From Mizuhopecten yessoensis (lineage: Eukaryota): a stretch of DNA of 64,000 nucleotides. Location of the stretch: positions 386,620 through 450,619 of the forward strand of contig NW_018480034.1 of the NCBI RefSeq assembly GCF_002113885.1. Reading direction: 5' to 3'. Below the pieces are notes generated by a model that had not been told where the DNA came from, ran no database searches, and saw nothing but the letters and a program-made list of their open reading frames with translations. Shown in pieces: positions 23,581 through 38,211 of this stretch (position 1 is its first letter; each line of letters begins with the position of its first letter). The position numbers and the translations under genes are program-made.

Positions 23581-26500
23581 AGAGAGTACTTATCCCTTTC
23601 TATATAATGACACATAACCAAAATGTCTTATTACAGATAAACATTTGTTTGATCATAATGTGCTGCCAGGGATGCCAGAAGAAAACATGGATGAACTTTC
23701 AACGTGAGACCCATCAAATGCTTAATCATAAATTTGCTGAAAATTGGGACTAAGAATTTCTTTTAAAAGTTCGTTCATTGTTATGGATATTTTCCTGGAT
23801 GCTGCGGCTGACTAAATATCTCATAAGAAAGGTTACGAACCCTGCATAACAAACCTAAGGCACGGAGTAGATCTTCCAAAGAATGCAATTATCGTTGCTC
23901 TATATATCAAACTCTAGCTACTGTATATCTCCGCAGGCTACTTCGTAAGACAGCGACACGGCAAAAAATGCATGCACATGCAAAAGAGTGCACACTTTGC
24001 GTGCATGTAACACTTACAAGCCATCTGGCTCAGACTAGACTGTAATTCACACACATAAAATTTGACACCAGGAGGTTTTCTTTACATCACAATTTCTTTA
24101 ACAACTTTAAGTCTAACCCAAATTATTAGCTTTAACAACAGGAAATGTGTACACAAGTCCAATTTTCTTTGATTTTTCTTAAGAAAATATTTAAAGACTG
24201 CTAACTGTTCTTTAACTAAACTTTGAACAGGCGGATCTCTAAACAAGGCTAGACAGGAAGTCATTCCTCCATAAACAACTTGTGGTTTTTGGTTGCCGTG
24301 GGGATGAGGCACCCCATGTTCCCCTATTCATCAGTATACCAATTTTACACCCACTAATCATAACCAGATTGGCAATGATCAGGGAAATTGTTTTTGAATT
24401 GGGGTTTTAAACCTTGGAGGTGTTTTGGGTTATATTGCCAAAGTGAGAACCAGTGCCTGTCCAATAAAATCTCCCAGGCAGAAAGAATAAGAAATTGATG
24501 AATCTGTGTGTGGATGGGGAGGGACAGGGGAGAGGGCTATAATACAGCACATGTCCCGGTTTGTGAACATGCTCCACAGCTTTCATCACTACTCTGTACC
24601 TGTGATGATACAGTCTGCCCGTCTGCTAAACGCCCTTACAATGGCCCATGTGCCTTGACAGACACTCCTCGACTTAGATTACACTGATGCACAAACTAAG
24701 AGATGAACAATTCACAGTTCCTCCTCTGCCTCATTCACCAATCAGTAACATGCACAAATGGCCGACACTTGCCTCCTGTTTGATGGAAATCTGAACGGCT
24801 TGTTGCTTTTGAAGGCAAACAGACTTCTCTATTGTATTTTTTTTATTTTGCTTTCGTTTTATCTTTGAAAGCTATTCAAGAGAACATGGCCACCATCTGT
24901 AGGGAAACAAGAAGTTTTCTATACCTGTGAAGTTGGATCAGGATATTTTATGAGGTACTAGTACTTGTAAAGATGCTTTTTAAGAGAGTTATATTTTCAA
25001 CTAAATCCGTCGGTTCCACAAATTTCACGCATCTTTTCAACATATACATATTCTCATGACTACACCTTACACCTAGTCTTTATCAGTACCGAGTGACTGG
25101 AGTGACAGGTACAACAAAATCAGCATTTAACCCATCAATCAACTTTTATAGCATTTTACATCCAAAAACACAAACATGGATCAAACTACGAAATAAATAT
25201 AAGCTAGATACTTCAGTGTGGTTCAAGTCTGCCTTCTTTCTTCATTAAAAAAAAGTCTGAAGTAAAATTCATGAGATGCAAAATTCAGGGTCGTTTTTAG
25301 ACATTTAAGTTTTTAAGATTTTATAGGTTGGTGTTTGGTTTGCTTAATTACTTTCTGTAAAGAATACAATACTAATATCTGTATTTCAAGTTTAAGCAGA
25401 ATTTTAATAGATATGTTTGATAAATTATTTACGTTTCTGTTGAAAAGCATCAGGCAATGATAATGACAATGATCTAATAACTAGCCACAAATACACTGGT
25501 GTACTCCCTAGATATCTCTATACATCCCACTGTCGCAAAAGTTCATGTATCACAATCTGTAGGACATGTAGCCTTTAAGAACAATCAGAAATCTCGCAGA
25601 CCTAGAGAGTTCCTGTCATTCAAAACGGCTCGGATTCCTATGTAACAGAATTACATATTCAAGGAATAATACCAGTGCCGAACTCAGACGATACGCAAAT
25701 CCAATAACCTAGCTGACTTTTCAAGTCACCGATGAATTATTCACCTCACAACTTTTTATCATATACTGTATCTGTTGGCTCCTTTGTATTTACTTTTTTT
25801 ACGAAAGGGAGAATGAATTGGTGGTTTTTATTTTGAAGATCTGAGAAATATGCAAACAATTTTCCACATAAAATAGACATCACAAAAATTCCAAATGAAT
25901 ATCCTTTTATCAGGGTCATGAACTTTTGAGAGAAAAAAAAATCCATAAGAGTCAAAAAGAGTTTCCTGATGGATTTTGTAGATAAATCCCAACAAATATC
26001 AAAACTTTGGCCAAACATTGAATATCTCCAGCTTTTTTTAATCTACAAGTCCCTCAAGGCTCTATATAGCTGCTGATCATCACAATAAACTGTATCCAAA
26101 GTAGAATACAGCCAGTGTTCGCTTTTTTTTATTCAAGCAATTACCTACATAATAAATCGTTACCATGCTTCCCTCATCATAACAAGATTACAATAGTTTC
26201 CCCGGGAACCCAAGTCAGCCGAATCATTGTGATGGGGGAGGATTCGGAGGCTGCAAGTTTTATCAGCCTGGTAGATATAGCATTACTGCCAGAAATTACA
26301 TCTTACATCAATTTCCCTTCATTAAAACGGGAGCCAAAAGTCAGCTGACTCACTACACAGGTGAAAGTTTTGATGTATGGGTGGTCCCTACCTGTTTATA
26401 GCCGCGGTAATAGCTTCACAATGAATAAGCAAACGGCCAATAAACTAAGGCGGATGAAATTGTGTCAAATGGTATTTCAAAATATGGAGAGTATATGGGT

Positions 26501-29211
26501 AACTAATTGACCAGTACCTTTGGCCTGACAAGGCTAAGATTTCCACTGTTAGGACCAGTTATTTCCCCATTAATCAAGGCCAGTGGTCTGTGCATATATG
26601 ATGTCACAAGGTTAAAGGTTATGTGTAGAATCATTCATTCAATAAGGTCAGTCTTTAAAGAAACAGTGTAGTGAAAGGCAATAACTACATGTGTATGCAT
26701 CGACAGGAGTAGTCAAAGGACATGTTTTTATAATTAATGGGCTGGGTTTTTTAACTTCAATTTTATAATTGAAAGACATTTACAATTATTATTCACAAAT
26801 AATGCTGTCGAGTTAAAATTGAATCTCTATACATTTTCTTGTCAATATTTTTCAAAAATGTAATCCTCCACTAGCCTAAACAGCTGGGCCTCATAGATGA
26901 TTGACCAGCTCATCATAACGTTCCCTTCTAAGGTGAATTTCACTTGTATTTAAAATCATGTTGTCTTTCCTTTTGTTTCAGTGTTTCGATTCCTTGCCAT
27001 TGGCTTCTGTTGTCAGCTTTACTTTTTGTTTTTGTGTCTCTTCAGTTATTGTGGTTGTGTTTTGGTGCCAACTGTTTTAAGGTTGTAAATGCCTAACAGA
27101 CGTTACTCCCCATCACATCTAGTGTACTAATACTAGTGTGTAATCTCGTCACTATATACGATCATGTTAGCGAAATTTAAGTAACGGAACAAACTTACAA
27201 AAAATGAAATCTGATAGGTTGTCAGGTGCACTAAAACAGTTCCCGACGGATCCATCTCGGAATAACACGTCGTACATCAGAACAAAACGACTACTCGAGC
27301 GGAGACAGACTTCATGTACAATTTCCCTCCTGATGGCTCTAGGTGCTTACCAGCTAGAAAACGTCAACTCATAATTGCACACCTCCAAAGTCAATGAACT
27401 CATTTAAACCCTTCTGGTAGAATATAAATTATTCCCGCATAAGGTCATAAACATTTAAACTTCAATTGAATAATCGGGATTCACTGATTTGCAATTCAAA
27501 CTTTTAACTACGTTAACATCAAATGATTCATTAGTCAAGTCTACAGGTACAGAGTCTGTTTGGTGGTTATTCGGGTAGAACAACGGTTACTAAAAACGCA
27601 CTTATAAATTCCTGCTGAATAATGGTCCTATCACTGAAATGTAACCAGGCTAATATTGATTTTAATTAGGCAATATTTTGCAAAGTCATACAACTATGAA
27701 AGTGCATCTTAAGATATGCAGGTTACTATATATACATTTCATTAGATTTTAACATCTAATATGGAGTGGCGTTTATAATATTGAAAAGTTGATATAATTT
27801 CATTTATCCAGTAAACAAGAATGTCTGCACTAATAAGCCTATCATGGCCACCTCCCAACAAAATTAATATAGCTTTAATTAAATGAACCTTAGAGAAAAA
27901 GCTCACCACATGTCAAAATACAGTCAAGAAATAAACCATATTTAGGCATATAAATTTATGCATGTATATATATGGCACAATGAACAGTGCCTTACTTTAA
28001 AAGTCATCTATAATCTGTGATCCACGCAAATAGACCACGGTGACTGGAGAACTTGATTAAAAAATTTCAAAAATGTATACATTCTTGTATTACCACATCT
28101 CTGTGTCCCTCAATAGCACCCAAACACCCCTCCTTTATTGTGCCGTTATTTATCTGTACCTATCTAATATCAATTTTTTTCTACGAAGGAATCAAAAACC
28201 ATTTAAAATGACCCTGTTCATGACAAAATAATAGAGTAAATATCAAAGTTTAAGCTATTCTATGCATTACACTATTTGAGCAAAAATTTAAGCAAAAAGT
28301 AAGATTAAGTCCAAAATATGAGAGCTTTGCAAACCAATGACTATGTCAATGTCTTTGATATATTGATTATGACAATATGGCCACGTCCGTGTCTGGCTCT
28401 GTATAATACTTATTAGGATATACAAGTATATAGTCAACATTGTCAGTGAGGACATACATCGTTACGTTACACAGCATATATTTACAAAACTGTACACAAT
28501 GTCGGTATCAATGGCAGATCCTGTCATATATACTACAACAAGACCTTGTTGTCATTTTCCATCAAGACGGCCATTATAATGTCGTGAGATCTCAGCCATT
28601 TGAATGGGTTTTGATTTGAATCCCATTATGGAGCATTAACCTTTCCGAATCATGATACTAAATGCCACTGACAAAATCCCATATCAAATTCATGTTGGAG
28701 AACACAAGGTCAACAGTTTGTGTCAAAACATTCTATAACACTGGATATTTCGTATCGGGCATTACAAAGGTACACGTCAAAAATCCATAGAACGTAAAAT
28801 ATGGTTCTTCAATCGATATGATTTATAATAAACTATATATACACTTTTTAAAGGTGTATATAATAATAATTCTTTTTACAGATTAAACAGCTCATGAATA
28901 GTATCCAATGAGAAACACTGTAGGTTGATAGGTGTAATTGAATGGCCTTGTATCAATTTTACACAGAGTGCTTTTCCCTGTTATGTAATAAATTGTTTTC
29001 CCTTTATACGATATAGATTGCATGGGAAAACTTCAGCTACATGTACAAAGACGTCGACCATGTGCACTTTTAAAAGTGCAAATGTACATGTGGAAAACAA
29101 ATGACAGACCATTGGTTCCAATACTATTTTGAGACATAACGCATCCTTTTTCTGTACTTGTAGCATCCTTACACTTAAAGCTAATGTGTTACTGAGATCA
29201 GGAGCCAAACG

Positions 29212-29376
29212 AAGCCCAGCATTGTGGCCTTCGTCAGCTCTCTGTAGTTACTGAGCCCAGCATCCAGGCCTTCGTAAGCTCTATGTAGTTACTGAGCCCA
29301 GCATCCAGGCCTTCGTCAGCTCTCTGTAGTTACTGAGCCCAGCATCCAGGCCTTCGTCAGCTCTCTGTAGTTACTG
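29212..29376. repeat. 41-bp tandem repeat, 4 copies
   Basis: gagcccagcatccaggccttcgtcagctctctgtagttact-type units start at 29253, 29294 and 29335, plus a diverged first copy. Confidence 0.96.
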
Positions 29377-32300
29377 CAGTTTTCAGCTTCTGTGACTATC
29401 TGTTAGTGTCATTCTAGATTTGCCTCAGATCTCCGGGCCAGGCCGATAGTTTTTATACCTATGTTCCTGTATGATAACCCACGGTGCCATACGGATATAT
29501 ATATAGAAACACTGACACTTTTTATTTGGGGAAAAATGTCTTATCCATTTATCTAAAACAAGTTTTATTTCATACCTTTTACATATCAATGTTAATTTAG
29601 TTCAGTACAGCTATCTATACCTTCTTCAGTCTGTAAAAACATTCTTTTCCCAGATACAGAAAGATTACAGAGAGCCAACTATCAATGACTTTACTCAGAA
29701 TTTGAGCTCCTAGAGATGGGAATTTCGGCTGAAACACACAAAAACGGCTGTAGGTGTACGATTGTCAGGTTACTGGTCTATATCACCTGATGGTGTAGAT
29801 GAGGAACTGTTTTTAATTTGCCAGTGTAACGGATTCCTTCAGACTGTATCCAATTTTTCACCGACACAACACATAAAACTTTTCTCCATGCATCCATGTG
29901 TAAAATGACTGGGATCCAAAAAGGTTACCTGGTCCAAGCTCTTCTCTCGCTCAATTACATCTCAATTGATTGAAAAATTCGGGGTCTACCGAAAATACGC
30001 TGGCACCGTTTAACTTGCACTTTACAGGTGCTCTGTAATAGGGAACGATTCTGTTTTCATCTCGTTCAACCTGAATTCCTCACAATAAATACAACAAAAA
30101 CATTGCCCCAAATTTGATTAGCAGGTCTTGGAGGTGTTCAATTCAGAAATTACATCTGTAGTATCATTACTTTGATTAGAAAATTACTACTTGATGTTCC
30201 CGTTCATGGGATTGTCGTAAACGGCAAATCTATTTACGTGAACTTCCTGGCACAAATTTCGGTCATTTGCATTATTGTTAAAACTGGTTTAAAAGCATAA
30301 AACTGTCAATCACCCTTGGTATACGATTAAATATTATGGAAGGATCTTTTACGAAACCTCTCAGGATGATAGGATCAGATTTCAGTCCTAAAATAAAAAT
30401 AACAATGGGTTTTACTAAGCGACACTGCTCCTAAAACTAAATGCCCATGAATTTTTAAAATATCAGATCTCTCATGATAGAAATATTCCCAAATTACACT
30501 TTCAAGACAAGATCTTTTGAAAGTATCAAATTGTCCAGGGTCTTTCTTTGCAAACCGTAGTCCTACAGCTGTAGCAAGACCATGCACACTGGATATAGTT
30601 ACATAAGTTCTAAATTGTCAACTAATTGATAAAATCTGGGACTGACTTCTGTACAGGTGAGTCAAATTCCTGACTTTTTTTTTACATTTATCAGAAATTG
30701 ATAATATGCAAATAACACTTGGGGGGGGGGCGGGGGGACTTTTCTTATTCTAGTTTCAATTTTGAGAACAGATTTCTATGCTAATATTTATCAATTTTCT
30801 ACCTATGTATATATACATACAATTTCTTTGGATAAGTTTCAAATTATAAATGTAATTTAAACTACTGGGAAAGTGAATGTAGCTGTCTCCCTGTCTCATA
30901 GTTAAGATTTCTTAAGATCTTATCCAGCTGCAATATAATTTTTTTTAAAACTTTTGTTCTTTTTTTTTCTAGTATAAATCTTAGTTAGCATCATGGTGAA
31001 TTCCAGTTTCAGTAATCATTCATTTTTGAAAATATCCCAATTTTAAGTAAAGTGTTCACTTGTGGTTAAGTACACCTGGTACTGGGTCTGGGAGTTACAT
31101 TGATTGGTATTGATGTCTCCCTGTTAATTACAGATCAGTGCCACTAATTACTGGCTGCCAACTCATTATTGAGAGTTATGACCTCATTGGTCAGTGATCA
31201 AGTGCTGACCTAAAGCCCCATGGGGTCAAGGTCTGACAGCCAAGGGGAGCTTGACCACTGGTTTATTGCTGGTCAGTGGTGGTTACACAAATCACATGGG
31301 ATGCTGTGTCCATCACAGTTGAACTGTTAATTATTACCCCCTGGGACCATCATACACAAACACAGTGACCGGCCATGGGGCCTTCATTTCTTTACGGCAC
31401 AGGGACTGGTGATGATTTTAGAATCATTTAACAAGTCCATTGACAGTTTTTGAATTTTCCATAATCAATCCTGTAGGATTTGGTAAAAAAATAAATCCCA
31501 AAAGGAAACAGTGCTGTGTGACTTACTATTGGTCTGGTAACTTTGGTTGACCTTGATGATCTTAATCTGTCCTTTCACACATTCTCATGACCTTGAGTGA
31601 GCGAACACCTGTTGCCTGAAGGTCATCAGATCAACCAGTCAGGAAAAATACTAAAGCACCAAAGACTTACTCAACACTTTATCACGGAAATGCTTAGATA
31701 AAGTCGCTCTAATCGTTGCCAAATTGTGTTCAGTCATTGAGTAATCACTTGTATACTAGTTTGATGAGCAACAAATCCTTGTTTCCATGGCCAACATATC
31801 ACCATGACTACTGATCTGGAGCACGGCAACCTACCACCAAATGTCAGAGGTCACATGGACTTCAAGTCAAGCCAGAAAGATAATCCAAAGGAAATCGTGT
31901 GAGAAAATATCCAACAGTAGGGGTTGTATGTTTAAGCTGTTTTACTTGCAAATTTGTCAGGAAATTTGATAAAAGAGCTACCATGATCAGCACAAAGACA
32001 TTGGACATTGCTATATGATGCAGTATTTAATATGCCAGAAAGATACAAAGATAAAAGGACTTGGCAACATGCAGGCAACTTGAAACAGACTAAATCATAA
32101 CTATAGCTAGCATTTCGAGCCTTTCTGTGACCAGTAGTGATTTTTCCAATATCATGCTGTCAAGAGCAATATGTTTGGTTGAAAGAGAATGTTCTGAAAG
32201 TCAGCAGGCAGATATTTGTATGATAGAGATATTGGCCCCATGCAGACAAGTCAGTATGCATGCAGATGTTTGACACTTAAATGTATCCCAACAATGCTCT

Positions 32301-33101
32301 GCTTTATATGAACAATGACAAATAATGGATAGCATTGTCTTTAACACAGAATCCACTTCAGTCAGAAGATGATTTCATGATTGGAACTCTTCAATGTAGA
32401 GCAGAGAGAACTGGATCGCATATCATTTCCAAATTATCACACGCTACTATTTCTGCACCGTTCTCACAGGATTGCCAAATCAGCAATTTCTGTGCCATTA
32501 ATGTATTTGCAAAGGTCATGAACACAGTACGATTATTTTATGGCGTTGATATCTGCTGAAAATTCAATATCACCTGAACTCTTGTATAGCATCTCTTGTC
32601 ACCAGAGGCAATGACTAGCGGAAGCTGTGCAGTCATGAATGCTCGTCAATGAACTAGAACATATCATGTGTATAAAATTTACTCTAAATCTTGTCTATCA
32701 TGGCCACTTTAAACAGAATTCTGACATTTGAAAAAAACACCACAGGAATTAATATTGACAGTTTATATTTCAACAATTAAGATCAGGACAAATGATATTG
32801 GAGTTCAGAATTTTGAAAACCGTAACAAATAGTAATGTAAGCTACCATCTTCTGATCTTAGTTACCATCCCATGACTATGGTACCTTAGCTCCACTCACC
32901 AATATTGTTCAATTCTTGGTCAGGGATTCTCTTCCAATCTTACCAAGTAGGCCCACCGCTCTGGGTAGGATTTTGGGCCGTCATGTAAACATAGCCACAG
33001 CTGACATAGAAATAGCCTTATTCCGTGTTTTGTAAGACATAAAAGTTGGGGGGAAAATCAAGCATAAATCACAAAGTCTGCATGACCCTTCTATATAGCT
33101 T

Positions 33102-33330
33102 GGTTTTGGTTTGTTTGTGTTTTACATCCTATTAACAGATATATGGTCATTTAATAAGGAAGTGCCAGGTTTTGGTGTTTGCAGAAAGCTGGAGTTCCCT
33201 GAGAATAACCACCGACCAACGGTCAGTACCTGGCAACTGCCCCATGTAGGCCTCGAACCCGCAACCCAGTGGTGGAGGGCTAGTGGTAGCAGAATTTCAG
33301 ACGCCTTAACCACTTGGCCAACGCGGACCC
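33102..33330 (-). mobile_element. Full-length tRNA-derived SINE (V-like domain) with target-site duplication
   Basis: The minus strand reads A box tggccaagtggttaaggcg, B box ggttcgaggcc, ggtggttattctcagggaactccagctttc, and an (aaac)n-like tail. It is flanked by the direct repeat gacccttctatatag at 33084-33098 and 33326-33340. Confidence 0.9.
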
Positions 33331-36300
33331 TTCTATATAGAAAGCCGCTGATATTTTGAGGGCCAAAAGCCATTTTAGGAGGTGACATATACCCCCATAT
33401 GGGGGTACACTGAAACCCATGCTTATTTAACTGTTAATCAGTACCAACCATAAAGACAAATGTCTATATATAATGCAAAACATTTCTCATAACTTCATTA
33501 ACTGAAAATTACCCTTTTCCCTATCACACTCCGTACGATGAAAATAGAACATCACTGATCGCAAAAATGTATGAAAATTGTTCTTAACTACAAATCAACT
33601 AAAAGTTACTCCTTATATTAGTCTCAATCACACTCCAGTAACAACTGATGATCAAAAAATTGAAAGGCAGTCATTTCTCGGATCTGTATAAAGATTAATG
33701 AGCTATACATCCTTGAATATTTATCAAAAATATCGAGTATCAGAAATATGCGTCAATAAACTTCACTTACACACTTATCAAGACATCTTCTTCCGGCCGA
33801 TTATAGCTTTCCCCGCGATAACACTTATCTGTTTCAGATCTGTCATCGTTTTTGAAGTTTTATATAGCCATTTAATTTCAGTTTTTAAATATGGAAATGT
33901 TATCTTTATTTTAAAATGTTCGGATGAGAGATTGCTATGACCAATTTCTTGACAGTCGAAGTGTGTATTTGGGTAGGTAAATAGGTTTTGTGCGAGATTT
34001 ACGTTTGATGATTTTCATATCTGTATATAAAATCTACAGAAAATTCATGGAAATCTGAGGTTGATGGTACATATAAACAAAATGTGGACATAAATGCTGT
34101 CAGCTTGCAGGTGATGAATTTAGTTTCTGCGGGATCAAAACATTCTCTTCTGAACTGTTGTTTAGAACTTATAAGAGTTATTGGTGAAGATAGCAATGTT
34201 ATCATGCAGATAGCTCTTCAAGCTGAAAAATGCAAATTTCTTAATATAAGGATTGCCATGGAAATCATGACCCATTTCGATAATCCACTTTTCTTTTGAT
34301 TCATGCTTTTCGATACGATAATAAATTTACACAAAAAAAATCATACGAAATTTCTCCCATACATCTTTAGTTGTACAATTCAGTGCCATTACTAAGTTTA
34401 AAATAGAATTATAATTTGTGATTGTCAGAAGTGACTTTTTTTATCTTGAACACAGGATTAACGGTTCAAACAGTTCTGATGTTGTTTGCTGTCCTTCATT
34501 ACGTGAAGATTTCCGAGGAGAGATCTGTCAAATGTCACAAGGGTCATTGATTTCCCTAACACAAACCGACAACAGCGACCCTTCTTGATCAATCAGTGAA
34601 TGATCGGTAAACGAGGCATTCACCATAACCGAATCACAAAATGGCGTAATTGCAGCTGTTTGTTAAAATAATCTGTTTGGAATTACTGCTAAACCAACTT
34701 TATGCACCCTAACACTCCGGGAAAATTCTCCAGCATGCTCTGCTGTGTAAATATTGTCAAATTTAACGTTTATAAAACCCTGTTCATTTCAAATTCACTT
34801 TGCAGTTGTAGATGAAAAACATAATTGGATTACGAGCGAATAAAACTGAATTAGCAGAATCTCCAACGTAATGAAAAATTCTTTATCAGAATGACAGCAG
34901 TACTAGTGGGTACAATAATGTTGAATATTCTAGTGCATTCGTTTATATATAAAATGAAACAGTCCGAGATGTTCCAGAATAGCATTGTGATGTCTGACAT
35001 ATACTCGAAGTGGATCGAGAGGTAAATGTATGGAGTATCCGTGCAATGCATGCGTAGAAAACAACCTGGTCGCTTCAAATTCCTCGCAATAAAGATGATA
35101 AAGAACTAATTCTATAACGATCAATTACTCAGTTTCAGGCGTGCTGTTACTCTAACAGGCTAAAACAGTCTGCAGCTTTTTCTGTGTGAACAACGCCACT
35201 ATTCCTGGATACAAGCCATCCGCGTCCCAGCACACATACACTGCCATGTGGAAGAAATCAGACAGACAACATGTGAAAAGCAAAATGATACACGTTGGAC
35301 AATTACACAATAACCTAGCTGAAATACAAATAATTAAAAGAGTTCCCTCCCTCCCTCCTGAAATTCCATCTGCCCGTAAAAAATACACAGGAAACGATTA
35401 AATGCTCCTAATAAACTGAATACAAAGTGTAAACAAATAGTATCCCATTGATTTTTGAACCTGTGTATTTTTCCTCTGTTGTCATAGTGGGAAAAATGTT
35501 TATAGAATGACAATTTATTATCCATTTTTAAATTGCATGGGTAAAATTCTTACTATTTTCACCTAGACGGTAATGAATATATGCATATTCTATAAGGCAA
35601 GTCTTAATGAAATATCTACCAGGTACATTTTTTTTTAAATCAGATAATTATACCATAATGATGTCTTTAATAAACATTTGCTTTGTTCAATATACCTGTT
35701 GATGGATTGTTTGTAATTAACATCTTGAAGCTTCCCGTATGTTTACCTGTATGCTTCAGGTGAACATATGACTGTGAAATAGATTGCCAATTTGCCTAAC
35801 TTGACACCTGTCTGCTATCTCTCGTCTTATTACGCTGCTGAAATAAACGTTCTTAATAGCTTTAGTGTAAAGTAGATACCATGCATGCCTTAAAGAAAAC
35901 ACTGTTTCCAGCAGTCAGATGAGTGAATTTAATATTACCAAATCCATCATCAGTTTTCGATAACATCCATATCCCTAATTGATAAATCAGAATGTACTGC
36001 AACAGAAATTGCGTATCAGAGAAATCTTGCGATTTTGAAATTTCTGAATTTCTGTGCACAGTTCCTGCTAGGTGAACTAACCATTAAATTATCTGTAAAA
36101 CTTTGCCACATTAAGCCCCTCACTGACAGACGGAGATTCTGAGTTAAAATTGATGTTTCCTTGTTACATAAACACCTAACATGTCTATCAGTGCGTTGAG
36201 TGAGAGTCGATAAGAAAACTTGATGAAATCTTTCAACTTTGATCAAAACAGAACACAACATTCTATTCAATTTCGAATGTTCATCTGCCATCATAAGTTC

Positions 36301-36816
36301 CTCGGCAAGAGCTAATAAATCTGTATCAAGTTTCCAAAAAACTCAATTCTGCTTAGAAATTTTCGCGATTAACATTAGCACCTCTTTTGATTGTTAGATT
36401 TTTTGCCGTAAATAACCACTGCCATATTTTATCAGGAAATATGCAATGTCAATATGAAAGGGAAACATCTGCACCCAAAAAAACATGGTGTTCCTGTTTG
36501 TACTTTAACTTCTGTTTTATCACGTCTCGACTTTGTGGAATTATACTTGTAAATTTAAACACATTGTGATCAAATTCTCATCTTGCATTGTTAATTCATC
36601 AAATATGTCTTTGTGACTAACCAAACATTCTTCAGCTTCAATATTTTATGCCAAAAAAAAAGGAAAAATTTAAAAAAGAAAATGAGTTAAGATTGGATCA
36701 AAATTATGATAGGAATGAAAACATTTCATACACAGTTCTGGAATTTATGTTTAAAACCTATGACTTTCTGCCTGCATTATATTAGTAGCAATTGCAGGAA
36801 AGATTTGGCGACAAAA

Positions 36817-38211
36817 ACTACGAGGACATTATTGGTGATAATTGGAGAGCAATATATTCATCAGAATAAATACTGTACACTTACAGTTCCCGAGGAACAG
36901 AAATATTGTACACTTACAATTCCCGAGGAACAGAAATATTGCTACTTCAAGCTGGAGTCCTCTTAACCATTTCCATCGTTCCACAGATAAAAAAATGTCT
37001 CCATGTTATATAAAGGTACACAAAAAAGGGGATGTCATTACTACGAGGACATTATTGGTGATAATTGGAGAGCAATATATTCATCAGAATAAATATTGTA
37101 CACTTACAGTTCCCGAGCAACAGAAATATTGTACACTTACAGTCCCCGAGAAACAGAAATATTGTACACTTACAGTCCCCGAGAAACAGAAATATTGTAC
37201 ACTTCCAGTTCCCGAGAAAAAGAAATATTGTACACTTACAGTTCCCGAGGAACAGAAATACTGTACACTTACAGTTCCCGAGGAACAGAAATACTGTACA
37301 CTTACAGTTCCCGAGAAACAGAAATAATGTACACTTACAGTTCCCGAGAAACAGAAATATTGTCCACTTCCAGTTCCCGAGAAACAGAAATATTGTACAA
37401 TTACAGTTCCCGAGGAACAGAAATACTGTACACTTACAGTTCCCGAGGAACAGAAATACTGTACACTTACAGTTCCCGAGGAACAGAAATATTGTACCGT
37501 TACAGTTCCCGAGAAACAGAAATAATGTACACTTACAGTTCCCGAGAAACAGAAATAATGTACACTTACAGTTCCCGAGAAACAGAAATACTGTACACTT
37601 ACAGTTCCCGAGGAACAGAAATACTGTACACTTACAGTTCCCGAGGAACAGAAATATTGTACACTTACAATTCCCGAGGAACAGAAATATTGCTACTTCA
37701 AGCTGGAGTCCTCTTAACCATTTCCATCGTTCCACAGATAAAAAAATGTCTCCATGTTATATAAAGGTACACAAAAAAGGGGATGTCATTACTACGAGGA
37801 CATTATTGGTGATAATTGGAGAGCAATATATTCATCAGAATAAATATTGTACACTTACAGTTCCCGAGGAACAGAAATACTGTACACTTACAGTTCCCGA
37901 GGAACAGAAATACTGTACACTTACAGTTCCCGAGGAACAGAAATACTGTACACTTACAGTTCCCGAGGAACAGAAATATTGTACCGTTACAGTTCCCGAG
38001 AAACAGAAATAATGTACACTTACAGTTCCCGAGAAACAGAAATAATGTACACTTACAGTTCCCGAGAAACAGAAATATTGTACACTTACAGTTCCCGAGA
38101 AACAGAAATATTGCTACTTCAAGCTGGAGTACTCTTAACCATTTCCATCGTTCCACAGATAAAAAAATGTCTCCATGTTATATAAAGGTACACAAAAAAG
38201 GGGATGTCATT
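36817..38211. repeat. Compound repeat: three tandem copies of a 157-bp cassette, each with a nested 33-bp VNTR (2, 18 and 8 units)
   Basis: Cassette heads actacgaggacatt at 36817, 37040 and 37791. Lengths of 223, 751 and 421 equal 157+33n. The unit is tgtacacttacagttcccgag(g/a)aacagaaata(t/c). Confidence 0.98.

Noticed and set aside
25409-25432. miR-190-like sequence (agatatgtttgata)
   Set aside because: Only about 14 nt match, in AT-rich DNA, with no complementary star arm.
36016-36294. 92-aa minus-strand ORF (MMADEHSK...) as a first exon
   Set aside because: Possible donors exist (GTGAGG, GTTAGT), but nothing discriminates it from background. Not reported as a feature.
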